A stretch of 62,000 bases of DNA. Origin: Wallemia ichthyophaga EXF-994. Lineage: Eukaryota; Fungi; Basidiomycota. Location: the NCBI RefSeq assembly GCF_000400465.1, contig NW_008806284.1:20001-82000 (forward strand), written 5' to 3'. Both the position numbers and the translations under genes were made by a program. Of the stretch, positions 57,211 through 62,000 are shown one piece after another. How positions within the stretch are numbered: the first letter of the stretch is position 1; every line of letters starts with the position of its first letter. Below the pieces are notes generated by a model. The model was given only the letters and a program-made list of their open reading frames with translations. It did not search any database and was not told where the DNA came from.

Positions 57211-58440
57211 TCACAACAGCCCATCAAATCTCATTTTGGCAGTTTGGAGAAGACCTAGCTCATCATTGCGCATCTGCATGAGCAGAGGGTTTGCTGCCTT
57301 GGTGTCAACCTGCGGTGGGTATTCTCCCAATCTCTCGTCTATCCTTTGGAGGAGCTGTTGAATTAATTGTCGCAGATAACCATCAGTGATAGTCTCAGAT
57401 TGCTGATACGCCAATACAATCAAATTAAGAACGTCGGTGTCGCACACCCCGAACAAACCGAGAGACACTCTGGCTTGTGAGTCAATAAAGGCATCTGGAT
57501 GAGCCACAAAGAGATCCTGATCGTCGTCTTGGAGCGTTTGAACAGTATAGATTGGTGGAATCGCGTCGAAAGTGACTCTGTCAGAATCGTTAGCCTCCAA
57601 CACGAATCCGTACTCGATAGCGAGGTCCACGTTATCGAGCGAGTCACCGTAGCTGTTGAAGAGTTCTTCAGCGGGCTGAGTGGTGTGTGTAGTGACGATA
57701 TCCAATGTTTGCGGGGGAGTGGTGAGATAATCTGTATTTGGCGACTGAATACACCCATTCAGCCACCCACAACAGTCGCAGACAACTAAATCAGACTCTA
57801 TAGCCACAGTAGGCTCTTCTAGGTGATTGAAAAGGTCTGCAACAGGCACCAAACCAACTTGGTGGTGTGTGTCAACTTGAAACAATCGTGATGAAGTAAT
57901 GGCATAGGCGTATAGAAATGCTTCGAATGTACTTGTGATGTTTAGCGTTGAGGCGTGTGCGTCGAATGTATCTTTGAGCTTCTGTTTCGTTTGCCTGCCT
58001 CTTATACCTTGATGCGAGTTGAGCATGCTATACCGCTTACACAGTTCAGTGCCAGCCATTTCAGGCGTAAAGGGCCAGAGAGAGGCAATATCTGGAGGTG
58101 TCAGGGGTAGGGATTGTATGTAGAGATGCCATTTTGATTGATTGGCAGATTGAATTTCGAAGACAAGTGCAAAAGAGAGAGCTACGACGTGAGTGAGTGG
58201 AATCTGAGAGAGTTGAGTTGAAATAGTAGACGTTTTAAGCGTAAGCAAAGAGTCTTTGGGTATTCTCGCCACTGAATAGAGTTAGATTGAGTAATAGGAA
58301 TGGTACAACAACCAACCAACGCTGTCTTTGAGTATAAAATCGTTTGATAGTATCTTTTCATCGCTTATATCCAATCTACCATCCAAATCAACGCCGTTTG
58401 ACTCGCACCAGCTAAGTAAACAACTACGACGACTATTCAT
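57211..58440 (-). CDS. SET-domain protein lysine methyltransferase (Rkm/SETD6-like), 2 exons
   Basis: LLSWCESNGV...|VARIPKDSLLT, SKWHLYIQSLP, AYAITSSRLF, LVPVADLFNH, EELFNSYG, LAIEYGF. Confidence 0.85.
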
Positions 58441-58613
58441 CTGCGTTTTATACAAGGAATACAATACAAAAAGCTTAGCTCATTCAGATTCATAAATTGA
58501 TTTCCTTCAATATTAAATTAGGAAAGACTAATCGTTGAAACATCATGTGAGCAATTAAGCTTAGAGTATCGTTGAAAAGAGAAGCTACTGGTTTTAAAAG
58601 GGTTAAAAATTTA

Positions 58614-60238
<1,625 letters not shown>

Positions 60239-60481
60239 GCGTAATTCTCGCGGTGGACCTCGTACTGGTCTCAATCACGAAATGAAAAATTCAAATATAC
60301 GTTATTCCAAGTTTTTTCTTTCCAAAGTTCTTTATATTCTCTTTACCCTGTGTTGCAAGAATCAACAAATTTAAAAAGTGCTTTTGTTGTATTGTGTGAA
60401 TGTGCTGGTGTAGATGTGCAAGAACAATACATATGGTGCTAATGATACAAATAATTTAAAGGTGAGTTCATATCAACCCAC

Positions 60482-61490
60482 TCAATCAATATCCCCAGTC
60501 TGTATCTCATGATAAATAACATGTGGACCTGATCTATAGTGATTGTTGGTGGATTTCAGCGAACGATTCAACTTTGGTAGAGTGAGTTGTTTGAAGAATT
60601 CATTTGAAGCTGTGTCATTTATTTCATTTGCCATAACTTGAGAAAGCATCCTATCGTTTTCCTGTTCGAGTTGTTCGAGGACGTTTCTTTCATTATTGAG
60701 AACCTGACGAATAAGCTCATTGTTCTCTTCAACAACTTGAAATTGAGCAACAGCGAGAGTATATTCTGGGTAAAAGGGAGGTTCACCTGGTGCAGTGAGA
60801 ACAGTTTGAAAAGCCATTTCATCAGCTTGATCGATAAATAAAGATTCTTCTTCCTTCCTTTGATCATTTACTTGTTGTGGGTGATCGGCTTCGCCATCCT
60901 CACCATCTTCATTCTCCACTTTAGATTTTCTAGCTGATTTCTTCTCGCTTGGAGGTGGTGCTGCACCAGAACCTCTTACAGTTGGAAGGGTATCAACGTG
61001 ATGCTGCATTCTCATATGTTTAGCCAAAGCGTCAGACCTAGTGAAAGATCTATCACATTCTGCTTTCTCTTGCTGTAGAGTATGTGAATATGAAACACTC
61101 GCGTACACCAATAAAACTCACGCAAATAAAAGGTTTATCGGTGGTGTGAGATCTCAAATGAGCTATTAAAGCTTGTTTTGAAGACTGATTCTTTGATTTG
61201 CGTGAACAGCCAATCCATTCGCATGTGTATTTAGATTTATCGCCAACGTGGTCATTGTAGATGTGGTCAAGCATTAGATGCTGATCACCGAATATCATAG
61301 CACATCCATCCCAATCGCAGGTGGTTATCGGACCCCAATCAGGATTACCGTTTAAGTCAACTTGATTGGTTTGATTGGATTTATCTGATTGTGGATCTGG
61401 ACTTGGTGATCGTGATAGAATTTCACTCAAGTTGTCATCTTGTAGATATTCAATTGGACGCTTGATTGGTGTGGCAGTGGATAATGACAT
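60482..61490 (-). CDS. GLI/YY1-type C2H2 zinc-finger protein, resembling the INO80 subunit Iec1, 2 exons
   Basis: CDWDGC...HIYNDH, CEWIGC...LIAHLRSHTTDKPFIC|...ECDRSFTRSDALAKHMRMQH, followed by a coiled-coil C-terminus. Confidence 0.8.
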
Positions 61491-61924
61491 CTGCGAACTG
61501 TCTCGTCTTGGTGGTTGAGGTCAGAGAGGCGAAGTGAGGGAAGGAGAGGAAACCTAGTAGGAGTAACGCCAAAGTAGACTTTAACGGACTTGCAGGTCTT
61601 CGTTGAAGTTCAGAGAGAGCTAAGCGGGTGGAAATACAGCTTACTGGGAGCAGCGCAGACTATTTACAGGGAAAGGGTTATACCCGCCTTACTATGGCCC
61701 CCAAGACGGCGAACCACAATGAAAAGAGGAAATGAGTGTGGGCCGCTTGAATACCGTAGTATCAGCCGGGAAGCTAAATTTTCTTTGGATCACGTAGCTT
61801 GTGCCTTGCCTTTGTTGTGTTTCACGAATCCCGCTACCCTCGTTCCTAATCATCCGGTTGACGGCATTCATAAAGTTGCTCAGCTACTTATACTCAAAGC
61901 CTTCGATGTATTCATTCGGTCTTA

Positions 61925-62000
61925 ATGTTGACTGTTGGTTCTCAAGTGCTCTCGCTCCTAGTCACATGGCTATCGGCATGCACAGCATACGCTAAGGCGT
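61925..62000 (+). CDS. Probable 5' end of a signal-peptide-bearing protein, truncated by the window edge
   Basis: MLTVGSQVLSLLVTWLSACTAYAKA is open to the end of the window. Confidence 0.35.
   Translation, partial: MLTVGSQVLSLLVTWLSACTAYAKA

Noticed and set aside
61590-61995. 111-aa and 64-aa plus-strand ORFs
   Set aside because: Non-ATG starts and no motifs; probably promoter sequence ahead of the ATG at 61925.

Overview
Eukaryotic, extremely gene-dense fungal DNA: basidiomycete-type proteins, mostly 40-65 nt introns, and intergenic gaps often under 60 bp. This is consistent with a Wallemia-like compact genome, but the genus is an inference from architecture, not a database match. I can model about 41 protein-coding genes, mostly housekeeping: ribosomal proteins uL2/uL5/uS19/P2, an H3-H4 pair, actin, EF-Tu, SEC1, SEC17, VPS28, SNX4, PAT1, CDK8, TAF9, IES6, SmB, YTM1, MAK11, BCD1, ADE1, arginase, TUM1, SGT2, oxalate decarboxylase, an MFS transporter and a bacterial-type Fe-S serine dehydratase. 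I found no CRISPR array, rRNA, tRNA or recognisable transposon. The ORF track misses two main things. (1) A cluster of three intron-encoded box C/D snoRNAs at about 47.5-48.3 kb (minus strand), lying in what appear to be 3'-UTR introns of the sulfurtransferase TUM1. One is an mgU6-47/SNORD7-like U6 guide; two are paralogous snR52-like guides for the LSU A-loop, each flanked by an external stem. (2) A five-exon gene for a 112-aa secreted peptide precursor at 44628-45225. Other oddities: recurrent AAG 3' splice sites, start codons split by introns (one GC-AG), SEC1 and PAT1 ATGs only 17 bp apart, a GTPBP-type N-terminal domain with no GTPase whose stop is in frame with the downstream BEM46 ATG, and two AT-richer, intron-signal-rich islands with no recognisable homologs. 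All exon models and RNA target assignments were made by eye; reference sequences were recalled, not searched.
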